22,609 nt of DNA from a bacterium (GCA_046757025.1 JBHHXN010000082.1:1-22609), one strand, 5' to 3'; counted from the stretch's first letter, positions 9,074-17,566 are shown. Program-made: numbers and translations. Notes: generated by a model not told the origin, from the sequence alone.

Positions 9074-10486
9074 TCATGTAGAAATCCCTGTCGCTCTCCT
9101 CTCCATAATTTTCAGATACTCGTCTTTTATGCGGTACATCTCCCGAATGAGTCTGCGGCGTTCGCGGCGCATCCGGCTAAACAACTGCTTGTTGGTAAAA
9201 ATAAAAAAGGAAAAGCTAAGGCGCTCCTGTTGGGCGCGCACGCTTTTGATGTGCGCCAGGGCAAACAGTCCTGAAATGGGCAGCGAAATTAAATACAACC
9301 AGGCCCAAAAAACGCCTTTGAAATACCAGACGAAAAAGCCTTGCAGCGAGTAGAAAAAAGCGAAAGCGCAGCCGCCGCCGATAAGCAGCGCGGACAAAAT
9401 CTTAGTGCGGTCGTCGGTAAATCTTTTCGCGATAATTTCGCTGATGTAATAGGGTATAAAATTATTCAGCAAGCCATAAAACGCCAACGGAAATCCCGGC
9501 AGCGCCGTGCCAAAAGTCCTTAAGCTGGATTTCAGCACCCGTGTAAAACTCTGCTTTTCCTTCAACATCGCGTCCTTCAAATGCAGCTTTTTTAACTTTC
9601 GTTTGTAAACATTTATTTTGTCCTGCAGCGACCGTACCTTCTCGGGATCGTGCTGGTAATAATACTCCACACACTCGGCAATGCGCTGGGTGATCACAAA
9701 GTCCGTCAGGGAAGATTTAACCGACCGACTGAGCTCCGGCGCCGCCTTTTTCAGCTCATCACGAAAAAGAATCTCCACGTCCCGCACAAAGAGGTCCAGC
9801 TCTTCGTGACGAATGTTCACGGTCAGGCGCTCTAACTTGTTTTGGATTTCAGCGGTCAGTTGCAGCACGGCTTCGGCATTGTCGGTTTTATTGAGCTCAT
9901 AAAATTTTTTCATTCTGATGGGTTTACCCACGTTCACCAGAACTTTGCTGCGAAAGCGGCTGCGTGAAAAAAAGTACAGCCCGATGGGCAGACAGGTTAT
10001 TTGCAACTGATAATTGTTTCTTCGCTCGGCCTCCAAAATGATGCGGGCGGCGCCGGTTTTTAATCGCTTTACCTTTCGCTGCATGTCGCTGGTGCCTTCT
10101 GGGAAAATGCCGATAGCCTCGCCATTTTCCAGAGCCTGGTAACAGGCTTCGAACGCAGTGAGGTTTTGCTGCATTTTATCCGGAGCGTCTTCTTTTCGGT
10201 AAACTGGGATGACGCCGCTGCTTCTCAAAAACCAGGTTTTCAATCGGTTTGAAAATAACCCGGCGTGGCCGAGATAATTGACCTTACGCCGGGTGACTAC
10301 GCCCATCACCAGCGCGTCCATGATGGAATTTGGATGATTTGCCACAAACACCACCGGACCCCGCGCCGGTACGAATTTACCGTTTCTTAGCTCAATCCTC
10401 TGGAAAAATACCGCCAGCGCCAGTTTCATGACCGCTCGAATACATCGATACAAAAACGGGCTGGATTGTTTTTGCAAATACTCCAT
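9074..10486 (-). CDS. Lysophospholipid/glycerol acyltransferase (PlsC superfamily) with C-terminal transmembrane helices
   Basis: Catalytic NHPNSIMD (HX4D) plus IPVYR and IFPEGTS motifs; hydrophobic C-terminus. ATG 10486 (MEYLQK) is preferred over TTG 10561. Confidence 0.88.
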   Translation of the reverse strand: MEYLQKQSSPFLYRCIRAVMKLALAVFFQRIELRNGKFVPARGPVVFVANHPNSIMDALVMGVVTRRKVNYLGHAGLFSNRLKTWFLRSSGVIPVYRKEDAPDKMQQNLTAFEACYQALENGEAIGIFPEGTSDMQRKVKRLKTGAARIILEAERRNNYQLQITCLPIGLYFFSRSRFRSKVLVNVGKPIRMKKFYELNKTDNAEAVLQLTAEIQNKLERLTVNIRHEELDLFVRDVEILFRDELKKAAPELSRSVKSSLTDFVITQRIAECVEYYYQHDPEKVRSLQDKINVYKRKLKKLHLKDAMLKEKQSFTRVLKSSLRTFGTALPGFPLAFYGLLNNFIPYYISEIIAKRFTDDRTKILSALLIGGGCAFAFFYSLQGFFVWYFKGVFWAWLYLISLPISGLFALAHIKSVRAQQERLSFSFFIFTNKQLFSRMRRERRRLIREMYRIKDEYLKIMERRATGIST

Positions 10487-10596
10487 GATCCGTGGTAAAG
10501 TATTGATTGAAACGAGTGAAATGACTTTATATTTCAAAAAAAAATAGTTATTTTCCAGCAATTTCGCACATACGGCAGTTACTGGAGATTTTTCGA

Positions 10597-10908
10597 ATGC
10601 CTTCCGAATGGTATCAAAAAATTTATGAAATTATTCAAAGAATTCCAAAAGGAAAAGTGGCCACGTACGGACAAATCGCGGCGCTGGCCGGCAAACCCGG
10701 CGCCGCCCGGGTCACCGGCTGGGTGCTGCATGCGCTGCCGGCCGATTCCGATACCCCTTGGCACCGCGTCCTCAATGCCAGCGGCAAATCCTCTCTGCCG
10801 CAGAAAATGAACCGCCAACTGCAACGAGCCCTGCTTTCTGCCGAAGGCGTGATCTTCGACCAGCAGGGCCGGGTGGATTTAAATAAATTCCAATGGGACG
10901 GCCGTTAA
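10597..10908 (+). CDS. atl: Alkyltransferase-like protein (MGMT family, ATL/YbaZ type)
   Basis: IPKGKVATYGQIA..AR.TG helix-turn-helix. PWHRV has Trp in place of the catalytic Cys of PCHRV. C-terminal QRALL.AEGV. GGAG RBS. Confidence 0.9.
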   Translation: MPSEWYQKIYEIIQRIPKGKVATYGQIAALAGKPGAARVTGWVLHALPADSDTPWHRVLNASGKSSLPQKMNRQLQRALLSAEGVIFDQQGRVDLNKFQWDGR

Positions 10909-10962
10909 ACCTTTCAGGTCACAGAGAGTAAACCTTCCAGGTCCCAAAGACCTGGAAGGTTT
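10907..10962. repeat. AAACCTTYCAGGTC palindromic repeat cluster (three arms) between convergent genes
   Basis: aaacctttcaggtc (10907-10920), aaaccttccaggtc (10930-10943) and inverted gacctggaaggttt (10949-10962). The same family recurs at 21798-21830. Confidence 0.75.
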
Positions 10963-11638
10963 AGAGGTTTGCAGAAAGGATCGCCGCACTGCCACCAGTA
11001 AGCCGCTTAATTTTCAAATTCTGATATCCTAGTTTTTTTAATGTGGCTGTATAGTCAGAAAGCCAGCGGGTGGTTTTCACCAGATCTGCCAGCTCGTAAA
11101 AAATTGTCCGCCACTGTGGGTAAAAACGCGTCCCCACGTGTTTGAGAATCGCCATGTGAAGCGCCCACATCTTTTTAAATAAAATAAATTTCGGATAAGT
11201 AAAATCGTGCAGAATCAATTTTCCACCCGCTTTCAAGTTGGGAGTAATCGCCGTCATCAGCTCGTCAGCAGCCACGTATTTCGGAATGTAAGACGAGATC
11301 ACGCAATCGAATTGTTCTCTAAGTTGCAGATGTTCGGCCCGTGCACATATTAGCTGAATATTTTTGTACCCTCGCGTCTGCACCCGCCGCCGGGCAATGG
11401 CGATGTACTCATGCATCATGTCCACCCCCACGATTTGGCTGTCCGGGAATTTATCCGCCAACCGAAACATCAAAATTCCGGTGCCGCAGGCCAGCTCTAG
11501 AATCTTGCGCGACGCCGGCGCCTGCGATAACATCCGCCGCTTCCAGTAGCGATCGGCGCCGTACGTGAACAGGTTGACGATGGTGTCGTAAGTGCCGCCG
11601 GTGCCGGTAAAAAACCGCTTGACTATATCTTGCTGCAT
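10961..11638 (-). CDS. Class I SAM-dependent methyltransferase, UbiE/MenG-like
   Basis: TYD.IVNLFTYGAD..WK N-terminal motif, ILELACGTG (motif I), VGVD, FDCVISSY and LKAGGKLILHDF. Start is ATG 11638 or 11650; the ORF-track start at 11698 falls inside the divergent promoter. Confidence 0.85.
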   Translation of the reverse strand: MQQDIVKRFFTGTGGTYDTIVNLFTYGADRYWKRRMLSQAPASRKILELACGTGILMFRLADKFPDSQIVGVDMMHEYIAIARRRVQTRGYKNIQLICARAEHLQLREQFDCVISSYIPKYVAADELMTAITPNLKAGGKLILHDFTYPKFILFKKMWALHMAILKHVGTRFYPQWRTIFYELADLVKTTRWLSDYTATLKKLGYQNLKIKRLTGGSAAILSANL

Positions 11639-11675
11639 TAAAATGGTCATTTTCAATATAAATGAGAAAAAAAGC

Positions 11676-11704
11676 TTGACAGGTGAACAATTAATCACTA
11701 TATT
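11676..11704 (+). promoter_or_regulatory. Sigma70-type promoter for the 84-aa ORF
   Basis: TTGACA (11676-11681), 17-bp spacer, TATATT (11699-11704). Confidence 0.75.
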
Positions 11705-11730
11705 AAAGGTGTATTAATTGACACCTTTAA
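11682..11730. promoter_or_regulatory. Two operator-like 18-bp palindromes (GGTGW-N8-WCACY) overlapping the promoter spacer and predicted start site
   Basis: GGTGAACAATTAATCACT (11682-11699) and GGTGTATTAATTGACACC (11708-11725). The second extends to perfect 10-bp arms ttaaaggtgt/acacctttaa (11703-11730). Confidence 0.6.
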
Positions 11731-11751
11731 GTTTACTAAAGGAGAATTGGG

Positions 11752-12006
11752 ATGTCTTCAAACGGCAAATTTCAGGATCCGTACTGCAATAAGAATTTCT
11801 GGAGCCAGCAACTGAGCCCAAAATCCTACGCTGAGTTAGAGGCGTGCTTCGCGGATTTTGATCAGTTTGCTGCAGAAATGGAAAATGAATTCCGAATCGT
11901 GATGTCGGCGAGCCGCCGCGAAATATGCCGGGAAGCTTTGTTAGAGCTTCTTAAAAGCGCAGCGCGCCAGGCCCACAACACCAATCAAGGCGAACTGTTT
12001 GGCTGA
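11752..12006 (+). CDS. Small hypothetical protein (84 aa) with a C-terminal QGELF beta-clamp-binding-like motif
   Basis: Strong RBS aaaggag 7 nt before ATG, a consensus-like promoter, and it fills the gap between neighbouring genes without overlap. Ends ...NQGELFG. Confidence 0.75.
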   Translation: MSSNGKFQDPYCNKNFWSQQLSPKSYAELEACFADFDQFAAEMENEFRIVMSASRREICREALLELLKSAARQAHNTNQGELFG

Positions 12007-12017
12007 TGGGTTTTCCC

Positions 12018-12863
12018 TCACGCGAACAGGGCCAGCAAAAATGCCAGCAGGGTCAGCCCGATAGCTGCCAGCGCCAGCAGGTGATGTTTGCGATTTTCCG
12101 GTTTGATTTCCGTGAAACCTAACAACGACGCAGATAGATACCCGCCGACAAAGCCGCCGGCGTGGGCAAAATTGTCAATACCCGGAAACAAAAAACCAAA
12201 AATAAAAAGCACGACAGCCCACTGCCCGGTCTGGCGATAAATAGCGGTACCAATAACACCACCACGTTGTCGACCATAAAACACCAACGCACCCAGTAAA
12301 CCGAAAATGGAGCCGGAAGCACCAATGGTGTACGCCACCATGAAGTACTTGCTTATGATAAAAGCAAAGCTGGAAAAGATGAATCCAATAACCCCGGAAA
12401 CGGTAAAAATAATAAACGCTCTTGAAATTCCATAAAAATCTTCCACCACCGGCCCGAGCTGTCTAATCCACAACACATTGAACAAAATGTGCAAAATGCC
12501 GCCGTGCAGATAAATGGCCGTAATCAAAGTCCACCATCGGCCATGCTCCACCATGGCAAAAAATCCGGTCATACCCAACCGGTTCAAACTTTGCCCGGAC
12601 GGCGACAAGAACCCCAGCATGCCGCGCGGCTGAAAAATAGCCGACGGATCGATGAGCAAGCTGATGACGTACATGGCGATGCAGACAGCGGAGATGATCG
12701 GAATAAAACTGATCTGACCGCCCAAAATATTTCTGAGCACGCCGGCAAAACCCCAGAGGTTGGGATTTTTCATGCCGCAGTGCATGCATTCTTTGGCACT
12801 GGCGCTGATGAGCTTGCGACAGCTCGGACAAATTATGGCGCCAATATGTTTATTCTCAGACAT
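12018..12863 (-). CDS. Rhomboid family intramembrane serine protease with an N-terminal zinc ribbon
   Basis: CPSC-X10-CMHC at the N-terminus; WWTLIT, LHGGILHILFN, catalytic GASG and AHAGG. GGAG RBS. Confidence 0.92.
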   Translation of the reverse strand: MSENKHIGAIICPSCRKLISASAKECMHCGMKNPNLWGFAGVLRNILGGQISFIPIISAVCIAMYVISLLIDPSAIFQPRGMLGFLSPSGQSLNRLGMTGFFAMVEHGRWWTLITAIYLHGGILHILFNVLWIRQLGPVVEDFYGISRAFIIFTVSGVIGFIFSSFAFIISKYFMVAYTIGASGSIFGLLGALVFYGRQRGGVIGTAIYRQTGQWAVVLFIFGFLFPGIDNFAHAGGFVGGYLSASLLGFTEIKPENRKHHLLALAAIGLTLLAFLLALFA

Positions 12864-13251
12864 TTTCTCGCACTCCGGATTGTAAGAATTTCTCTATTCA
12901 ATTGCGTTCCAATGGCTCGGTTTCCCGGATAATCAGCTCATCCACCGCGTGGCTAACCGAAATACAAAACAGTCGATTTCTGTCGAAAATCCAGGAACAC
13001 ACCGGCAGCTCTTTTTTACTAAATGTAACACGGCTGACGACGGTTTTTTGTCGCACTCTTAAAATCGCTAACCGCGAAATTTCGAAACTCCACCAGAGAC
13101 GAACCAGCAGCCAGGAAACCGCGATGACGAATGAGCCCTTTCTTTTTGAAAACCGCAAATGATTCATGGTTAAATTGGACAATATAAATTTCCCGCTTTA
13201 TACTACGAAACTTTCTCAAAATATTCAAGTAATTCGCTGGACTTTTAACTC

Positions 13252-13283
13252 AAAAAAAAGCCCGGCCAATTTGCAGCCGGGCT
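13252..13283 (-). terminator. Rho-independent terminator downstream of korB
   Basis: On the minus strand: agcccggc-tgcaaattg-gccgggct followed by a T-tract (plus-strand A run 13252-13259), about 45 bp after the korB stop. Confidence 0.8.
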
Positions 13284-13326
13284 ATAAAATTAATTTTGCG
13301 CTATTTAAACGTTTGGAACAAGAAGA

Positions 13327-14379
13327 TTATTTCACTTCCCAGGTGTCGCCGGATTCAAACAGCGCCTGTAAATCCGGTGTTCCGAAACGCGTTTTCGCTT
13401 TTTGAATTTGATCCTCCAGAGCTTCTTCGTAACACATGTTGTCCACAGACCGAAACACGCCAACGGGTATCGGCAATTCAGGATTATCGCTCATGTGACT
13501 CAATATAAAAGCATAGGTCGCGTCCCTGATAAACTCATCGTGAACCTTAATGTCCTGTTCAATGCCTTTATCGTCATCCAAATGGACGACTTCCGGTTGA
13601 AAGCCGTTAAAGCGGATACCCTTCTCATTTTCCCGACCAAACAGCATTGGCTGGCCATTTTCCAGATAAACCACGTTGTCCGGCCTGGTTTCCTTTTCAG
13701 TATATTTTTGAAAGGCGCCGTTATTAAAAATATTGCAATTCTGGAAAACCTCCACAAAGGAAGTGCCTTTGTGTTCGGCCGCGCGCTGAATAATTTTCTG
13801 CATGTGCGCCGGATCGCGGTCCATGGTGCGCGCTACAAAAGTCGCCCCGGCCCCAATGGCCACACTCATGGGATTGAAGGGGTGGTCCACCGAACCAAAA
13901 GGCGACGATTTGGTGATTTTACCAAACTCGGAGGTGGGTGAATACTGGCCTTTGGTGAGCCCGTAAATGCGATTGTTGAAAAGAATCACGTTGATGTCCA
14001 GGTTTCTTCGCAGCAGATGAATGATGTGATTACCGCCAATACTCAGACTATCGCCATCTCCGGTGATCACCCAGACAGACAGTTCCGGGTTGGTGATTTT
14101 GATGCCCGAAGCAATGGCCGGCGCCCGGCCGTGAATGGAATGAAAGCCATAGGTATTCATGTAGTAGGGAAATCGGCTGGAACAGCCTATGCCCGAAACA
14201 AACACGTATTTTTCTTTGGGAATATTGAGATTCGGCAGGGTCCTTTGCGTTTGGGCTAAAATGGAATAATCGCCGCAGCCAGGACACCAGCGTACTTCCT
14301 GGTCGGACTCAAAATCTTTCTTCGACAATTGCACCACGTTAAGACCATGCGAGCTGTCTGTATTTTCATTGGTACTCAT
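13327..14379 (-). CDS. korB: 2-oxoacid:ferredoxin oxidoreductase, beta subunit
   Basis: WCPGCGD, SGIGCSSR, HGRA, TPP-binding GDGD...NNRIYGLTKGQ.SPT and QNCNIFN. Overlaps the alpha gene by ATGA. Confidence 0.95.
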   Translation of the reverse strand: MSTNENTDSSHGLNVVQLSKKDFESDQEVRWCPGCGDYSILAQTQRTLPNLNIPKEKYVFVSGIGCSSRFPYYMNTYGFHSIHGRAPAIASGIKITNPELSVWVITGDGDSLSIGGNHIIHLLRRNLDINVILFNNRIYGLTKGQYSPTSEFGKITKSSPFGSVDHPFNPMSVAIGAGATFVARTMDRDPAHMQKIIQRAAEHKGTSFVEVFQNCNIFNNGAFQKYTEKETRPDNVVYLENGQPMLFGRENEKGIRFNGFQPEVVHLDDDKGIEQDIKVHDEFIRDATYAFILSHMSDNPELPIPVGVFRSVDNMCYEEALEDQIQKAKTRFGTPDLQALFESGDTWEVK

Positions 14380-16217
14380 AATTTTTCTCCAATTAATTCG
14401 TCGATCTTTTGCTCTATTTCAGAAGCCAAAAACGGTTGTCCCTGAATCTTGTCAAAGCCGATAGCCGGAATAAGGTACTCTGATCGGATTATTTTCAAGA
14501 GCTGGCCCATATTGAGCTCCGGCACCAGCACTTGATCAAAATTCTTCAAAATGTCTTCCAGGTCGGCGGGCAGTGGATTTACGAAACGCAAATGCACACG
14601 GGAAACCGATTTGCCTTCCTGCTGCTTGTTTTCCACCGCGGTTTTGATGGCGCCATAGGTGCTTCCCCATCCCAACACCAGCAGTTTACCTTTTTTCGCA
14701 CCATCGATTTCCGTGGATGGTAATTCGTTCGCGATGTTGGCAATCTTTTTTGCACGCGTTTTAACCATGTACTCGTGGTTGCGAGCATCGTAGCTCACAT
14801 GACCGGTAACCGCTTCTTTTTCCAAACCGCCGATTCGATGTTCCAGGCCGGGCGTACCGGGCACGGCCCAGGGCCGGGCCAGCGTGGTTTCATTCCGCAA
14901 AAACGGCGCAAAACTCTCTACATCCTTCATGAACGCTACGGGGATTTCTGGCAGATCCTCCACCTTAGGAATGGGCCAGGGCTCGGCGCCATTGGCCAGG
15001 TAACCGTCTGATAGCATGACTACCGGTGTCATATATTTAATAGCAATCCGACAAGCTTCATAGGCCGTTTCGAAACAATCAGAAGGCCGGGAAGCCGCCA
15101 GCACCGGTATTGGGGCTTCGCCGTTGCGGCCGTACAGAGCCTGAAACAAATCGGCCTGTTCGGTTTTAGTAGGCATGCCCGTACTCGGTCCCGCTCTCTG
15201 CACGTTGATGAGCACCAGCGGCAATTCCGTTGTCACAGCCAGTCCCATGGCTTCGGATTTCAAAGCCAGGCCCGGCCCGCTGGTGCCAGTCACACTCAGT
15301 GCGCCAGAATACGCCGCGCCAATGGCTGAGCAAACGGCGGCAATTTCATCTTCTGCCTGGAAGGTTTTCACATCAAAATATTTATACTTGGCCAGCTCAT
15401 GCAATATTTCACTGGCCGGAGTGATGGGGTAACTGCCATAAAACAACGGCAGATTGGCTTTTTGAGCAGCGGAGATGAGACCCAGGGCTGTACCCACATT
15501 GCCGCTCAAACTACGGTATTTACCCGGCGGCAACTTTGCGGGTTTCACTTCATAGGACGTGGCAAATTGCTCAGTCGCTTCGCAATAAGCATAACCGCCT
15601 TTGATGGCCCGCAGATTCGCTTCAATGAGCTCGGCCTTTTTTTGAAATTTTGTTTTGATGAAATTGATGGCGTGGTCCATGGATCGATTGTACAACCAGA
15701 ATACCATGCCCAGGGCAAAAAAGTTTTTGCAGCGATCCATGACTTTGGTAGTCAGATTCAAATCCTCCAAAGCCCTTCTGGTGAGACTGGTGATATCCAC
15801 TGCAAACAGTTGATATTTATCCAAGGAACCGTTCTCCAGTGGATTCGAATCGTAATGAGCCAATTGCAGATTCCTTTCCCGGAAAGCATCGGTATTGACG
15901 ATTAAAATGCCGTTGGATTTGAGGTTTTCGATATTCATCTTCAAGGCGGCTGGATTCATGGCAACCAGAGCGTCGTATTTCTCTCCCGGCGTGTGAATAT
16001 CGTAACTGCTGATATGCAGTTGATAGCCACTCACGCCCGGCAGGGTACCGGCGGGAGCGCGAATTTCGGCAGGAAAATCGGGTAAAATTCCAATATCGTT
16101 TCCAAGCAGGGCGGAAGTGCTGGCCAATTCGTTGCCCACAAGCTGCATACCGTCTCCGGAATCACCAGCAAACCGAATGGTGACATCTCGAAGAGATTCA
16201 ACAGGTTTACCCATCAC
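14376..16217 (-). CDS. korA: 2-oxoacid:ferredoxin oxidoreductase, alpha subunit (gamma-alpha fusion)
   Basis: RFAGDSGDGMQL, PAEIRAP, YPITPAS, QAEDEIAA, TSGPG and QRAGPSTGMPTKTEQAD. Start is GTG 16217 or ATG 16214, with GGAG upstream. Substrate specificity cannot be determined from the sequence alone. Confidence 0.95.
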   Translation of the reverse strand: MMGKPVESLRDVTIRFAGDSGDGMQLVGNELASTSALLGNDIGILPDFPAEIRAPAGTLPGVSGYQLHISSYDIHTPGEKYDALVAMNPAALKMNIENLKSNGILIVNTDAFRERNLQLAHYDSNPLENGSLDKYQLFAVDITSLTRRALEDLNLTTKVMDRCKNFFALGMVFWLYNRSMDHAINFIKTKFQKKAELIEANLRAIKGGYAYCEATEQFATSYEVKPAKLPPGKYRSLSGNVGTALGLISAAQKANLPLFYGSYPITPASEILHELAKYKYFDVKTFQAEDEIAAVCSAIGAAYSGALSVTGTSGPGLALKSEAMGLAVTTELPLVLINVQRAGPSTGMPTKTEQADLFQALYGRNGEAPIPVLAASRPSDCFETAYEACRIAIKYMTPVVMLSDGYLANGAEPWPIPKVEDLPEIPVAFMKDVESFAPFLRNETTLARPWAVPGTPGLEHRIGGLEKEAVTGHVSYDARNHEYMVKTRAKKIANIANELPSTEIDGAKKGKLLVLGWGSTYGAIKTAVENKQQEGKSVSRVHLRFVNPLPADLEDILKNFDQVLVPELNMGQLLKIIRSEYLIPAIGFDKIQGQPFLASEIEQKIDELIGEKL

Positions 16218-16336
16218 TTACTATACTCCATTTATTACTTAATAACATTGTTAATTACCATTAGTAAAAAATTCATGCAATCACTAATAACAAATGACTT
16301 CGGTTAATTATTTGAATTTTTCTGTGAAAAAATTTA

Positions 16337-16909
16337 TCAACCGCCTTCTCTGTGCCGGGTTCCAAATCGAATTGGATGCGGCGGTAAATTCAGGACATCC
16401 TGGGGGAAAAATTCCACAATATAGTCAATGATATTTTTAATGGAAACCACGGATTGCGGTTCCTGATTTTCGTTGACTATGACGATATGACGATAACCGC
16501 CGTCATGCATCAATTTTAATGCCGCTTTAATGGAATCATCCATCGACAAATACGCCGGGGAGGGAGACATGAATTGGTCAACATTTTTTTGGGTTAAATC
16601 GTAATTCTCGCCCGCAATTTTCAACAAAACATCCCGTTCAGTAAAAATTCCCACCAGTTTTTTATCTTTTATCACCACAAGACAACCGATACGATGGGCG
16701 AGCATTTTATCCACACACTCTTTGACAGAAGTACCCGTTTCCACACCGATAACCGGTTTTAAATTTAATCCCCTTAATGAAGTTTGCAGGCTCTCGTCGG
16801 AGATGGCGATGTCATCTTTCGCCATGAGCTCCTGCATCGATCGCAATTCGTCGTCGAAATTATCGAATTCGTTGTTTTGCACAATCCATTTCCTTAAAAA
16901 GCCGATCAC
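16337..16909 (-). CDS. CBS-pair domain protein with an acidic N-terminal extension
   Basis: IGCLVV..KLVGIFTERDVL and GGYRHIVIV..VVSIKNII. The alternative start GTG 16882 (after aagga) is plausible. Confidence 0.9.
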   Translation of the reverse strand: MIGFLRKWIVQNNEFDNFDDELRSMQELMAKDDIAISDESLQTSLRGLNLKPVIGVETGTSVKECVDKMLAHRIGCLVVIKDKKLVGIFTERDVLLKIAGENYDLTQKNVDQFMSPSPAYLSMDDSIKAALKLMHDGGYRHIVIVNENQEPQSVVSIKNIIDYIVEFFPQDVLNLPPHPIRFGTRHREGG

Positions 16910-17328
16910 GCATCGGATTTTTCTATTTGTTTGATCAAATGTTTCACGATATCCCGCACGGAAATGACGCCCGTCGGTTTGCCTTTCAGATCGACCAGCG
17001 GAATGTGCCGGAAGCCCCCCACGTGCATTCGGTTCAAAGCATAAGCAACTTGGTCATCTGCAAACAAATATTCTGGCTGAGGGGTCATGATCTCCGACAC
17101 CAACGTCTTTGTTGCACTTAAACCGGCGCCAACCACCTTGGTTAGAATATCTCGCTCGGTGACGATTCCCACCAATTCCAGATTGTCAGCGACACAAACG
17201 CAGCCAAACTTATTTTCACGCATAATCCGAATGACTTCCTCCACACTGCCACCCGGACTTACGCACTTTGGTTTGGATGGTTGTAAACTGCTGATCGGCA
17301 AACCTAAAATCTTCGTATTCATCCTCAT
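16906..17328 (-). CDS. Stand-alone CBS-pair domain protein
   Basis: FGCVCV..LVGIVTERDIL and GGFRHIPLVD..P.GVISVRDIV; aagga RBS. Confidence 0.92.
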   Translation of the reverse strand: MRMNTKILGLPISSLQPSKPKCVSPGGSVEEVIRIMRENKFGCVCVADNLELVGIVTERDILTKVVGAGLSATKTLVSEIMTPQPEYLFADDQVAYALNRMHVGGFRHIPLVDLKGKPTGVISVRDIVKHLIKQIEKSDA

Positions 17329-17537
17329 TTTCCTTGCTCTGCCACGCAGGCAAAATCATAAATAAATTAGTGGGGAATATACACAGTTAATTATTAAAAA
17401 TCAACATTTATTAAGGGGATTTTTGCAATGCAAAACACTTGTCGCACAAACGACTCTTGAAGTTCAATGATGAAATGCATTCGTTCGTTTTATGAATCCT
17501 GCGAGTTCCCTGCTCCACCATTATCAACAAGAGTGTG

Positions 17538-17566
17538 TTGACAATTTTATTTTTTTTAATCATATT
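17538..17566 (+). promoter_or_regulatory. Candidate sigma70 promoter about 330 bp upstream of glpD
   Basis: TTGACA (17538-17543), 17-bp spacer, CATATT (17561-17566). Confidence 0.45.

Noticed and set aside
10597..10908. Cys-to-Trp change in the MGMT active site as a sign of pseudogenisation
   Set aside because: PWHRV is the established signature of functional alkyltransferase-like proteins.
12898..13182. 94-aa (-) and 86-aa (+) ORFs between the rhomboid gene and korB
   Set aside because: Mutually antisense, with no convincing RBS or motif. A small real gene on the minus strand cannot be excluded but is unsupported.
16322..16340. Rex-like site ctgtgaaaaaatttatca upstream of korA
   Set aside because: Four mismatches to TTGTGAA-N4-TTCACAA in very AT-rich DNA; not distinguishable from chance.
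17490..17520. gagttccctgctccacca resembling a tRNA/tmRNA 3' end (attachment-site remnant)
   Set aside because: No GTTCRA T-loop with a stem at the correct spacing, no 5' acceptor strand and no integrase nearby.
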